DNA from: Tubiluchus corallicola
Lineage: Eukaryota > Animalia > Priapulida
Direction: 5' to 3'
Assembly (NCBI GenBank): GCA_030141605.1
Contig: JAQGDQ010000126.1
Coordinates: forward strand, 62,001-126,000
DNA: 64,000 nt
Both the position numbers and the translations under genes were made by a program. Of the stretch, positions 16,741 through 29,329 are shown piece after piece (within the stretch, counting starts at the first letter, position 1; the number at the start of each line of letters is the position of its first letter). The notes under the pieces were generated by a model, which did not search any database, was not told the DNA's origin, and worked only from the letters and a program-made list of their open reading frames with translations.

Positions 16741-17621
16741 TTGCTGAATTAAATTGAATTTGCTAGAAAAGGGTGCTTTTATATAGTACCATATGCCGTA
16801 TAATGATGGTAAAGAGTTCTGTTTTAGCTAGTACTGTATATAGTGACATATACTTGCATTCTTTATTACGGATCAAGTGGGGAGACAAGCTGTTCGAACA
16901 TTGATTTTATTTTAATTTTGTAAGTTACCTTTGTAAATATTGGTTTGTAGTTTGTAGTTTTTAATTATTAATATTGTATTCTATGCCATACGGACGAAAC
17001 GTCTGAAATAAATGTGTCTATCAATCTATCTATATATGTGGACCTTTGACGCACGGGTCAGGGATTGAAAAGTTGCAAGTTCATTTAGAATGCAACTGCT
17101 CGGTAATCAAACAATGTGAATTTATTAAAATTAAAATTATGACTGTCAAACAAAAGGCTGATGTGTTTTAAATGTCTAATTCCATAACTAATGTTTGCAA
17201 CAAAGTCTCCACTTTCTGACCGCGTCAGAAACATTGTCAACTACATGTTAGCGATTTGCTTTTTGAAATTCTGACTGTCTTTGCCAGAAAGTTTAATCAG
17301 TTAGATGTTGCTGTTATGCCAGGGACGCAGGTATAGTAAGTACGTCACAATTATAGCAACGGGGAGCTTAGGCGAAACTATAGACGAAGTTACTTGCGGG
17401 GAAACATAGGCACCACTAGCATTTTAACACGCCAAGAACTAAGTATTTTACGAGAATTTGCGCATCATACAACAACAGATTTTCAGGATTTTTATCACTA
17501 TGAGAACTTTGTCGCTAACTTCTTTGCGACGAAATGAAGCAGCCGACTTTGAAGGAATTTTTGTAATTTTTGCAAATAAACAGACTTGTGTTATTTAGAA
17601 AAGTATACTTTTTATTTTTTG

Positions 17622-17641
17622 CTAATAAAAATAAAAATAAA

Positions 17642-17703
<62 letters not shown>

Positions 17704-17742
17704 TAACAACAACAACAATAATAATAATAATAATAATAATAA
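17622..17742. repeat. (TAAAAA)n/(AAT)n/(AAC)n microsatellite
   Basis: Read directly. Confidence 0.9.
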
Positions 17743-18745
17743 AATATAATGACATAATGATGTACAGTCAGGATTACTGCAATTAGGTAAAAGAAAAGTT
17801 GCGAGATTCAGCTGTTTTTGAAGTTGTTCCTGAAGTACATAATCCTTTCAGTGCACTCTGTGCAACTAATGGTACTCCTAGTTTAAATAAGCTTGAATTT
17901 TGTGACTTGTTTTTTCCTACAGAATCTTAGCGTATCCAACTTTGAAAGGTCTTGTAAAATCGCGTAAGAAAAACTATCCCTTTGAAACTTGTCATACCTT
18001 CATTTAGTTTGCATGACGAGTCATACCTAGTTTCTAAGTGTGTTCATCATTTCCTTTCATCATTACGTCTGTAAAAGTTTGCCGTTTGAAAAACACATAG
18101 GACGTAGAATTCAGATTACCTTTTTGAGAAATTCAATCTCTAGAAATTCCAAATTTTGCCTGCATGTGCACATTTAATGTTAAGCGATTATAGGATAATG
18201 CAGATGTAGACATCTTTATAACTCAGGGCTAGAACTTAGCACAAAGCGTCCTTTCCGGCAGTAAGATTGTATTCCACAATTCTTTCTTAAAATGTGATAA
18301 GGTGATTTACAAAAAAAAACATGGAGTTCCTATGGATTCTATTGTAATGTTGTAGTTGCTGACTTATTTTTTGCTTGTGCTTTGCTAGAAAAATAGGTTT
18401 TTAATGTTATGCCATTTATACAACGTTTGTTTTATAGAAGGTATAGGCCTACTTATGATTGTCTAGTAACATTTCATATAAGTAACGTTTGTTGTTCGGC
18501 CTTTTCACACTGTGATTTCATTTACGCACCTGCTCGCGTATTTCATCTTTATTTGTAAACCCTTTTATATTAATTAAAAGGTCTAATACATATTTAACCA
18601 AATATCTTCTTGTTCAAGCTTGAGATATTAGCAGTAGTTAACGCATATTATCTGTTAGGGATTTATAATGTTCTAGCGAACGTGATCAAGTAAGTGTCAT
18701 CTGTCAAGAAACCTACAATTAATTACTGCCTATTTTCGCAAGGAG

Positions 18746-18788
18746 TATATAAATACAAGGCAGTTACCACAGAGAAGAAAACTCACTG
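18746..18788 (+). promoter_or_regulatory. Candidate TATA box + initiator (possible promoter of the neuropeptide gene)
   Basis: GTATATAAATAC at 18745-18756 followed by CTCACT at 18782-18787; the spacing is slightly long and the link to the gene is inference only. Confidence 0.25.
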
Positions 18789-18979
18789 CGCATTTCCTGT
18801 ACTTTCCTACTACACTAGCAAGATAATAAGCCAAATGCAGTGTTCATTTCCGTTCTAAGTAGTGGTCATCTAAAAGCTCGCCAGCAGGCCGCCAAATGCA
18901 TTTAGGCGTTATTCAACTTGTGTTCGTCTTCTGTCTAAAACTTCATACGTAGTAGCTATAGATGTAATTATTTCTTATT

Positions 18980-20030
18980 TCATGCCTGTTTTGCCGGTCG
19001 TCCTACCGAATGACCTTACATGACTGCAAAATAGTTTGTTTACGGCTGCCGTGATCTGGTTAAGACTAAAAAAATTTACCTGTGGGTTATTACACTCAAA
19101 TTATCATTTATTTTATCAGAATACGGTAATTTATTGCAAATGTTATTGTTGCGTAAAGAAGATACCATCAGCCATCCTCGTACATGTTTTTATACACTAG
19201 AAAAAAATCCCTGTACCACCAAGAACCTGTTTATAAAAGTTTACCTACATCAATTTAACTCTGTTGAATCCGAAAAAACTGTTCGAAAACCAGCTCGAAA
19301 AATCAGCTCAAAATGGTCAAAAAACGCAAAAAACAAAAACGTCGCCAAGTTCTATAAATCACTAGAAACACTATAAATCAAAAGAAATTCCTCGAAAATT
19401 AACATTAAGAAGTGATTATTGGTAGCTCTTTTAATAATACATGACATTTAGTATTTATGAGTTTTTGGTGTAAATTTTAACTTTTATATAGCACTGTTAT
19501 CTGCTGAAATAAACCTAAATAAAAAATCCTAAGATTAATTGTAACTAAGAAATTAATTTCTGTCACTTTTATTTCAAAAATGGCCGCCACATAAACAAAA
19601 TTACGCCGATCATACAATTGTATTAACTGTTTCAGCTAAAAAGTTATTATAAAAACAAAAAGCAATTTACTTTTATTGATTCGACCTCGCTAAATTTAAA
19701 AAGCTGCTACTAGACCGCAAGAAGGTTGCAAGGCGACTTAAACAGTCCAATTAGCAAAAAGTGAAACGGCCACTGGGCTCGCGACATAGTTCAGTAGAAT
19801 CGCGAAAAAGTTTGCTAAAAGATTTCAGCTAAAAGTTTGAAATTTTGCTCAATGCCAAGACCCATCAAGATCAAAATGATTAACTTCAGAAATGCGGCCA
19901 ATGGAAAGTCATTCATTAGGGCCGGCTCTAGCTCGTTTGGCGCCCTAGGCAAAAGTATTTTTAACGCTCCATTCTCAAGGGCTTCCCCAGGGGCGTAGTA
20001 AGACACTACAATTAGATAGTTCAGTTTCAC
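18980..20030. mobile_element. Probable non-autonomous DNA transposon relic
   Basis: Non-coding; motif caaaaatggccgc also occurs in the repeat-like block near 39916; termini not resolved. Confidence 0.3.
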
Positions 20031-20899
20031 CCATCTTTATTTTTGATTTAGTTATTTATATAATATGGAAGTGTGTGCAATTACTTGTAACTCCGTAACA
20101 AATTTCCACGAAACGTTGTGGAGAAGGTGATATAGAGAAGGGAAACGTTGTGGAGAAAGGGATATAGAGTGGCACACGGGGATATACTGTGGCAAAATGG
20201 GCGTTCTTCGCCGTTCTTTTTTCGCAAAACTTGATCTTGATTGATATACAAAAGCATTCGTGAAAGTTGCAAAACAAAATTGTGTGCAAAAACAATGTTG
20301 CAAAAACAAAACAAAAAACAAAACACTAAGTAGCTGTGAAACTGACCAAAACATTTGTATAACGTGTAGCCTAGTCATACAAAAACTATGTAACTGTTCA
20401 GGCTATCAAGTGCCATGTCACTTAGCTAGTTCTGCTGGGAAATATTTCCAGTATAACGGATCCGGAGTCCCAGCGCGGATCCGTCTCAGGATGTATAGAG
20501 CGGCATACAAGTTATGAAATACCACAGCAGACGAGAAAAGTAAAAAGATCCGAAATACGAATGTAAAATAAACTTTGATACATAACCAGTAGCCATAATA
20601 CATAACCAATAATACATAATTCATGACATGTGAACAGACTTTTGTGCAAAAATTAGCAAGCCTACAGCATTCACCTTTACAGACAGAAAGGCCAGATTGG
20701 AATCGTCAAATTACGGCATGCATTCTATTTTATACAAGTACATTTGCATTACTGGGCTTCTCAACCACACCCATTACCAACATTAGGGGGTTGGTCAAAA
20801 TCTGCCTTCGTAATTTTACTTTAGTGACAACTGTTCCTTTAATAGCAATGTACAGCTTTCAGCAATTGAGTACAAGATTATTTATCAACCAGATATATA

Positions 20900-22690
20900 A
20901 TATACCAAATCACTTAACTCTGGGACTGGCCAATTTACGAGTCCCTATAATTGGCCCAGTCCTGTTCCTAATACGAGCCGTTCTGAGCTTCAGAGGTTGG
21001 TTCAATCCAACGACACACAGATGAATTCTACGCTGAGCAAAGGAAACGATAGCTTCTACCTCCAGAGTTCCTGGCTGAGAGTCCACACCTTGTCACCTTC
21101 TAGACATCGACCAAAAAGCCCAGACTCTCGCCCTGACTCTCCCCTTATGAAACCTCTCTCTCATGTGACATGATGCACTCCGTGGCTGGCTAACCGAGCA
21201 TTCTGACTTCTGAGTGCTTCGTCACCCCAACCATCTGGGCATCTCGACTTTAAGCGCTTCGATACTTTTTACTGTCCTAGAATGCCACTGCTCCAAAACC
21301 CACGGCCCTACTTTCAGCCCTCATTAGCCGTTTACTAAACTAGCCAGTGGTCAGGTTCTCATTTCACATGATCGAGTTCTGACAACAGTCCTTTCAATTA
21401 TGAACAATGGTGCAACGCCTGTTAATTAGTTAAACTGACCGAGTACCATCGTCGTCATTGCTCGTAGACCCTGCTAACGAACTTCGAATTACATTTCAAG
21501 TTCGCACCTGTCTCGGAGATACAGATCAATATAGGCCAAACTTCTCTTAAATATTATTGAGTTCATCGTGTAGTTACAATTCTATTTGTCTATTACTTTA
21601 TTTTTCTATTATCAACCAGTTGTCAGAAACGCTTTCATAAGTATATTAAATGCGAGGGAGAAGCTGAGTGAGTTCTCTGTTCATTACACTGGTTATCCTC
21701 CTTTCTGATAACGTTTATTCATTAATTGATTTTGATTATTCTTTAGTGAATATTTTTATATTCCGAAATAAATTCATAACACCAAGTCACGTACGCTGTT
21801 TTCAACAGGAAATTACGATACCATCGAGATAATAACTATTGCATGGGTTATTTTTACCAATACAATTAATTTAAACATATTGCTGGATACTACTAAAACT
21901 GGACACTACTATTTTGCTGTTTCCGCTGTAAGAGCTAAAGGTCTATTCCGAAAGCATCACTATATACACAGGGGGTTCCTTATTCTTATGACATCAGTTA
22001 ACAGTTTGCCATGTAAGTTAAGTTTTCATTGTTAATCATTATTACTGGCGAAATGGTAGATTGGCGGAAAAGAAGACTGACAAAAAGATAACTGGCGAAA
22101 CGACATACATTCCATTACACTTACGATCTCATATTAATGAAATCGACAAAGCCACAAAGACCATGCTTCCTTACAAAATAATTTGCTCTGTTTAAAACAG
22201 CTATCTCGTTTTTAATGTAATCAGGTGAGTCTGGTGGAGCGTTAATTGATGGCAACAAGAAATTCAAGCCTTTTACTTGGACCGTCACCCACACACTGTC
22301 TGTTAAATTGTCTTCTAATTCATATATTCTACAACTACAGTAGTTATTCCGTAAACATAACACACATCAACCAGTTGTTCGATTCTTGATTTTGTAATGT
22401 GAGGAACAATTGGTTAAGTCTTATTGGTGACTTAACCAATCTGGGCTGATGTCACATTTGTTTTCCTGTACAGCCACAATATCTTAGTTGTGTTTATCTG
22501 CCATTTGATCAAGTGCTAATTTTGAGAGCTTTGATAAAACGTTAATGTTAAGTTAGCACAAGTTTATTGTTTTGTTCTGGTTTACTGCCATAATCGTTTT
22601 TGTTCGGCTTCATAGGTTGGACAGTCTTTACTATAAGCTTCATGTTCGCCTTTACAGTTAGCGTATTTTTTCTGACCTTTATCTGTGATA
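20900..22690 (-). mobile_element. I/Jockey-group LINE relic (gag knuckle + APE + degenerate RT)
   Basis: ANCKGEHEAYSKDCP gag-type knuckle (about 22620-22665); DIVAVQE and DSVWVTV...INAPPD endonuclease motifs (22121-22490); degenerate LEGDKVW near 21090. Confidence 0.7.
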
Positions 22691-22691
22691 C

Positions 22692-22806
<115 letters not shown>

Positions 22807-23508
22807 TGAGACAGATAAAGAGGGAGAGAAGGACCGAGAGAGAAACAGAGGGAGAGGATGAAGGAGGGAAGGAGGTAAACGGAGAGAAGCAAACAGAAAA
22901 AGAGTAATTGACGGCTTTATCATACTAAAATACCTTTTTAAAGCAATTAAAAACTTCACCGTGATTTTTCTGTTAAAAAATCATACTGAGAAATGCTTTT
23001 CTGCGAAACGAGTATCTAGGAAAATATTTTCTGGAAAACGACCTCAAATCGTATGAAAGCTACTTAATCTGTTGCATAGCGGTTTCTTTTTGAAGTTCTC
23101 TCGCTTTGCAAAAACACTTCATCTGAAAGTGAGCCTACTGAATCGTCTCCTTTAGATTACATGTTGCATAATAATTATTTTAATTACTTTCTTATTATTG
23201 GAATTATCTGTATAACACAGCAATACATGTGCCATTTTACTTACTTTTCCATTTGTGCTATTTTTACTACGCACCTGTGGCTTCGTTGACAGCAGTAAGC
23301 AGAAAAGTAAAATATGGTTACCAATATTAACAATAGGTATTTCCGCCAAAGTTAATTCTGCACAGATTACATCGCAACAATAACAACCATAAGTAACCAA
23401 TAGCCAACATTATCAAACTACCCAAAATTAGTGATATGAGTTTAGTTTTTAATTATCTGAATAAGTATGTCTCAAACACGTTTCTTTAAATTTCTTACAG
23501 ATATAACA

Positions 23509-23844
23509 ATGATGACAGATCAGACTTCGTATGTGCTGCTATTATTAGCGGGAGTTCTGACGTTAGGAATGTGTTTAGAAAAGGAAACAGTATACGACAT
23601 TTTATCAAAACAGCCTCAAGATGAAATACTTCTCTCATTTGAGAATGGCCCACTTGACTATAAAACAGCAAAGCGGGCAGGTAACCACTACTGGAAGCCA
23701 TACGCGGGACCAGTACCAGCATCACGCCCGATAGGACTATGGCTTCCTATACATGACGACCTGCCAGGAAAGAGCGCCCGATCACATCCGGTGGCCAGGG
23801 AAGTAGAAGAAGCCAAGGTGCCATTTCGGTGGGGACGTCGATAA
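23509..23844 (+). CDS. Neuropeptide precursor (NKY-like, C-terminal PFRWamide), 111 aa, single coding exon
   Basis: Acceptor tttcttacag ends at 23500; ATG at 23509 in acaATG context; signal core VLLLLAGVLTLG; acidic spacer; KR at 23671-23676; peptide AGNHYWKPYAGPVPASRPIGLWLP...EAKVPFRW, then G-R-R-stop (amidation signal); uninterrupted ORF among decayed repeats. Confidence 0.88.
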   Translation: MMTDQTSYVLLLLAGVLTLGMCLEKETVYDILSKQPQDEILLSFENGPLDYKTAKRAGNHYWKPYAGPVPASRPIGLWLPIHDDLPGKSARSHPVAREVEEAKVPFRWGRR

Positions 23845-24296
23845 TGCCAGATTATGCCATTTTTGTGAACTTTCCATGAATCCTGTCGATGTTCAAATGT
23901 CATTATGGGTTAAAGACTGAGGAAAATGTTGCAATTATGTAACGTTTTATACGATCATCACAGTCTTACAAGCGAAAAAACTGTGTTATACTAATATTAC
24001 TAAACGATAGCGCTAAATAAGAAGAATATGAGAAATATGCGAAAATTTAGAAGGTGTTCATAAATATATAATTCACACTGGGTTGTAACATGTATTAATC
24101 TCGAACTGCAATTAAGCCTAATTGCATTGTTTTTGGACTTGCTAAACATTTCAAACACGGTAAGACATCGGATTAATCATTCAATCTAAATTTCTAATAT
24201 CCTTTATATATTTTGTAGAGCACATCTTCTGTAGGCATTGTCTGTTCATAAAGGATTCTATGAAAGCCTAACTGCACGTCCTGTTAAGGAAACAAT

Positions 24297-24471
<175 letters not shown>

Positions 24472-25454
24472 TCACTCTTTCGAAAGACGCGTGTATAGTG
24501 GACGCTATCCATGGCAAAACGTTCACTTTAGTTCCCTAGAAACGGAAGTTGCAGTAACAGATTATATGTGCAATTACGTCTAGTTAAAAAATTATAATAA
24601 CGTTTTAATTGACATGTAGTACACCGCCTTAAAACATCTAAGAAATTATATTACAGATATATAAGGCGCAAGAGTTATAGATATTATATAACTAAAAACA
24701 ATATTTCGACTCCCACGACAATAGTCCATTATGGAATCGAAATCTTATGTTTTAAAATATTAAATCTACATCTCTCGTATCGTTGATGCGTATAGTTTAT
24801 CAAAAATTAAAATTATTTTGAGAACAACAATGATGTATACAGGAGTCAGCGCAGTGCGTTTGTAGTTTTAGTTCAGTGCACAATATTCTGAAGTACGAAC
24901 TTATTTGACTTACTTTTCATGTAAAAAATTAAAATACAATGTTATGAAAATAATGTTCTTAAATTGGATACTTTTTTGAAGTATTACAACAGTCTATAGT
25001 CATCATTATGAAATTTTTGCACAATCTGAAGGCAATAAATTACGTACACAGTATTATGAAATATTTTGAGGCAGCAATGCAGTGAATATCATCTGAGAAA
25101 ATGGTCGAGTTCTATATAACACTATATGAGCAAATTTACATAACTGATAGTAAGTCTACAGCAGCAATAATAATTAGCTTAGATTTCAAAACGAAGCCAA
25201 ATAACATTACTTCGAAATCGTCATTTTCATTTACACCTAACAGAAAATATCAAAAAATGAGAGTTTTGCAACCATGTGGCTAAAATGTCACTAAAATTTA
25301 TCAACAAACGATCAAAATTTCTTGATGGATGTATTTAGAATTTTAAAACAATTTTAGTCTTTAGAGCCTTATTAATATCCTGGCTGCAAACATTAATTAC
25401 CATGTACCTGGAATTGTACCTATCGGATTGTCTCCCATGTGCACAACTGTGACA

Positions 25455-26089
25455 ACATCCATGGCACCAGAACATAAAAATGCACTGCATCTATGGCACG
25501 AGAACATACAAATACATGACATCCATGGCACGAGAACATACAAATACATGACATCCATGGCACGAGAACATACAAATACATGACATCCATGGTACGAGAA
25601 CATACAAATACACGACATCCATGGCACGAGAACATACAAATACACGACATGCATGGCACGAGAACATACAAATACACGACATCCATGGTACGAGAACATA
25701 CAAATACACGACATCCATGGCACGAGAACACACAAATACATGACATCCATGGCACGAGAACATACAAATACATGACATCCATGGCACGAGAACATACAAA
25801 TACACGACATCCATGGCACGAGAACATACAAATACACATCCATGGCACGAGAACATACAAATACACGACATCCATGGCACGAGAACATACAAATACATGA
25901 CATCCATGGCACGAGAACATACAAACACATGACATCCATGGCACGAGAAGATACAAATACATGACATACATGGCACGAGAAGATACAAATACATGACATC
26001 CATGGCACGAGAACATACAAATACATGACATCCATGGCACGAGAACATACAAATACATGACATCCATGGCACAAGAACATACAAATACA
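25455..26089. repeat. Minisatellite, 32-bp unit, about 20 copies
   Basis: Unit catccatggcacgagaacatacaaataca(t/c)ga, head-to-tail with no spacers; one 29-bp copy near 25835. Confidence 0.95.
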
Positions 26090-27329
26090 CCGGAGGAACC
26101 ATCGTACTTTGCAACATCTTACATACTTTGGCTACTAAAATGTAGCCAAACTTTAAACCAACCGGCGCATCGCCATGTTACTTGGCTCCAAGATGGTGAA
26201 ATAGTAATCGTTGCCTAGAACAAAATCAATGTTATTTTATCACAAATAAGTACCTCAATATGTATCAGCCATTCTGTCTCTCAATTTTGCAAGTAACTCT
26301 TTAGAAATACCAACAGGTGATTTCTCTCTGTACACAGACGTAGATATAATGTGACCAACAATTCTAAAAGAAATTTCGGCGTTAGCACATTAATTCTAGT
26401 AGAAATATATGGCACAGATTTAACTTGATTACTATCAAAGGTAGCAAGTTGAAATAGCTCAAATTTGCCAATTGAAATTCTTAGTTGACAGGTTACGTTT
26501 ACCGATAAATAACTACACTGCCATCAGGTGTCCAGGTAACCTCTAGGCTTTAATCCATTTTTGTTTCCGGATTCTGTACCTCGCACAAGAAAGTCTGCAT
26601 CTGGACGCGTTCACTTGCTGTGTACATAGTTCGTTCGGTCGCCGATGGTTCAGTGTCTCCTAACGGGAACTTTTCTGGTCATAAAGTTTCATGGTGATTG
26701 TCACGCTCATGGTGATCCCTAGAACTGCAAAACGAACAGAACCACACGGATTTACAGGCATAGACAGCATGTAATAGATTTAAACAACGGTAGCAACTTT
26801 GCATTAAAATTCTCTTACGAACTGCAATTGTCTTGAAAACAGGACACTCATCACTAAATTCTTTCGTCAGTTTTACAATGCATGCATTGTTTACGGAATG
26901 CGAAAGTTGACCTCTTACCTTGTGCCGGTTTAAGTTTCGCCATAGCCTAGCTTTGATCATGCGCCACAAAAATGCTGTCGTACTTCTTTACGGGTGGACG
27001 TGCTGCATTAGTCAAATCCAGTTTAGTCTTTAATTTTTTATTTACAGTCGAGAACAATTAAGGAATTTTGGGCCAGTTTTAACAGCCTCGAACTAGGCTC
27101 TAAATATACGTATACAAAACTGATCTCGTATTAGGTACAAATTAGATCACGTTGTGAAGGAGACGAAGGAACAAGCTATCTTGTCGTCGTCCTGAGCAAT
27201 ATTAAACAGTGATTTATGAAGTTGAACAAATCACTAAATAGACTAGATATGAACGAGCATTTTATACTAAATACAAACAATTCCTTCAGGGAATAATAAC
27301 ATCAATTAAATTAAGCTCGAAAAAATATA

Positions 27330-28260
27330 GCAAATAACTGTTACAGACATTTAATAATAAATATTTACAAACTAGATAATTGTGATAGATAAACTAGTTG
27401 TGAGCTTACATATAAGTTTTACCTTGTGATATAACACTCGCATAACAACAAGTTTACTTATAATATAGAGTTGAGGAGATCACGAATATTTTGATAGTAA
27501 ATTGTATTCTATGACTTTCTTGAATTGATGATGATTTAGCTCTTTAATATTGCCAGGTTGTAGTTTGCTTAAATTCATTAGTTCTATGGGAGGCATGTAG
27601 TAGTTCTTATGTGCATATCTTGTATTATAGCTATGAATTTCACTGATTGGTTGGAAATATGATTGAAACGCAGGGGGAAGTAAACAATGACAAAATCTTA
27701 TATAAATAACACGCAATTACTATCATGAAGTTCTTTAATTTTTAATGTTTTTGAGGTTTGACAGATTGCATTAGTGGGATGATCATACGATACCGAGTGT
27801 ATTATCTTAAGTATTTTATTTTTTGAGTTGACTGGAAACTTGCAAAATTCGTCTTGTAAACACTTCCCCATAACATTACACATATATCAAGTAAGGGTAA
27901 ACCAAACTATAATAAATAAATTGTCATTAAAGCGTTCACATTCATTACATGACGTAATTTTTAGATTATGGCAAAAGTTTTACTTATTTTAGCATTCATG
28001 TAATTAATATGGTTTTCCAATTTAAATATTTATCGAAATACATTCCCAAATATTTAACATGGTCCTTTCTTTTACCTTTCTCTCCATTAATTTCAACAGA
28101 AAAATTTCTGGCTGTGAGTTTTTTTTGATATCAGTAGCATTTGTTTATATTTAATGACAATTTGTTTGCACCCAACCAGTCAGATATTTTAGACAGTTAA
28201 TTGATAATTATTCATGATCGCGTCTAATTTTATAATATTAACACCTGCACAAAATACATT
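27330..28260 (-). mobile_element. CR1/L2-like LINE 3' fragment
   Basis: KILKIIHSVSYDHPT...LKIKELH; LLPPAFQSYF...IHSYNTR; VKYLGMYFDKYLNW near 28020-28062. Confidence 0.8.
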
Positions 28261-29329
28261 AAAACTTTTTAGGTTTCACGCTTACGAAAAGTGAAAATAA
28301 AATACGCAAGTCACCCAAGTGCTATTGAGCGTCGCCATGTAGACGACTTGTGGAGTATTGGTATTCACAAAAAAGTGCGTTAGTACAAACGAGCACAAAC
28401 TTTACCTTATGAAATTTGATAATGACTGATCGATGAAAGATTAAAATAGCATTTAATTGAAGCATCGTAGTTCTGGCAAACTTTCAAGTATGATAAATTT
28501 CAAAAAACGACAAAAAGGTACTTAAATTCCAGCTACCAAAATCGGGTTTCCCTGCACCAGACCTTGCTGGTTAGGTGTATTTGTATGATTTTTGAGCTAT
28601 TAGACTGAGAAAAGGTTTTTATTTTTTTGTTTTGCATATTATCTGTAAATGCATTATCTGTAATCCGGAAGTCCTTTAATAAGACTAGAAAATTAGAAAG
28701 TAGATTAATTTACTTTATTGTTGTTGTCAGATCTGCAACTTGTTGATAGCTGTGAAAAATAAAACAATGAATAAAAAAAATTAAGACATTACGACAGACG
28801 ATAATTATTGCACTTATACATGATTAAATGATAACAAAATATTTAATTATGTTAGACATTATGTACGTCACAAGTTAATAGACAGTGTTCAGAATTGTCT
28901 GTAAATGAAATAACATTTTAGTTCATTTGTCTTAGCATTTTACATGTTACAATTTATGTAACTAGTAACCGTGCACAGAATACGTGGGAAAAACAGATAT
29001 ATTTATTGTATATATAGCTGTTTTTCCAGGGAAAATTCCCTGCACGAGCTTAAATAGACCTATTTTTGAAATGCAGCTTTAACAGGAAGTAATGAATCAT
29101 TTTACGACTAATTGCTGAATTAGTAGTTTACCATTACTTTGTAAACTAACTTCTTTATTGGTTTCAAACAGTCTATCATGTTTTGGCAATACATTGTACA
29201 GAAAAATGTTAAATAATTAATTTTATTCAGAAAGATATTTCCGACACTATCATCAATTGATACGCGTAGTATTTTGGGTGACTTAGATATGTCCAATTTT
29301 GTTTCATTAATTTCACTAATCGAAGCGCC

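Larger units (their letters stand above)
12930..17035 (+). mobile_element. Decayed LINE (RT) interrupted by nested Penelope-derived insertions
   Basis: PDGIFAEHYKYA (about 13587), DSSKAVDRINY (about 13776), VKWNG (about 13903); resumes at about 14150 (GDVLS...GCHVNN); 3' end with AATAAA at 17007 and short (TCTA)n tail. Confidence 0.7.

Noticed and set aside
16988-17005. GGACGAAACGTC as a hammerhead half
   Set aside because: No upstream CTGANGA; better explained as the 3' stem-loop (cggacg-aaa-cgtctg) of the LINE just before AATAAA
23467-23508. Upstream ATG giving a 125-aa precursor
   Set aside because: The extension overlaps a polypyrimidine tract and acceptor (tttcttacag) and would displace the signal peptide; 23509 is preferred, though not proven
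23677-23844. Luqin/RYamide orthologue because of the RWamide ending
   Set aside because: Luqin-type precursors place a short peptide right after the signal peptide and have a C-terminal two-cysteine domain; neither is present
25397-26117. Three 208-227 aa Cys/Met/Val-rich ORFs, or a CRISPR-like array
   Set aside because: A 32-bp unit without minus-strand stops yields the same peptide cycling through all three frames; no unique spacers or cas genes; eukaryotic context
26679-26969. 96-aa ORF as a host gene
   Set aside because: No ATG start, no recognisable domain and no supporting exon chain
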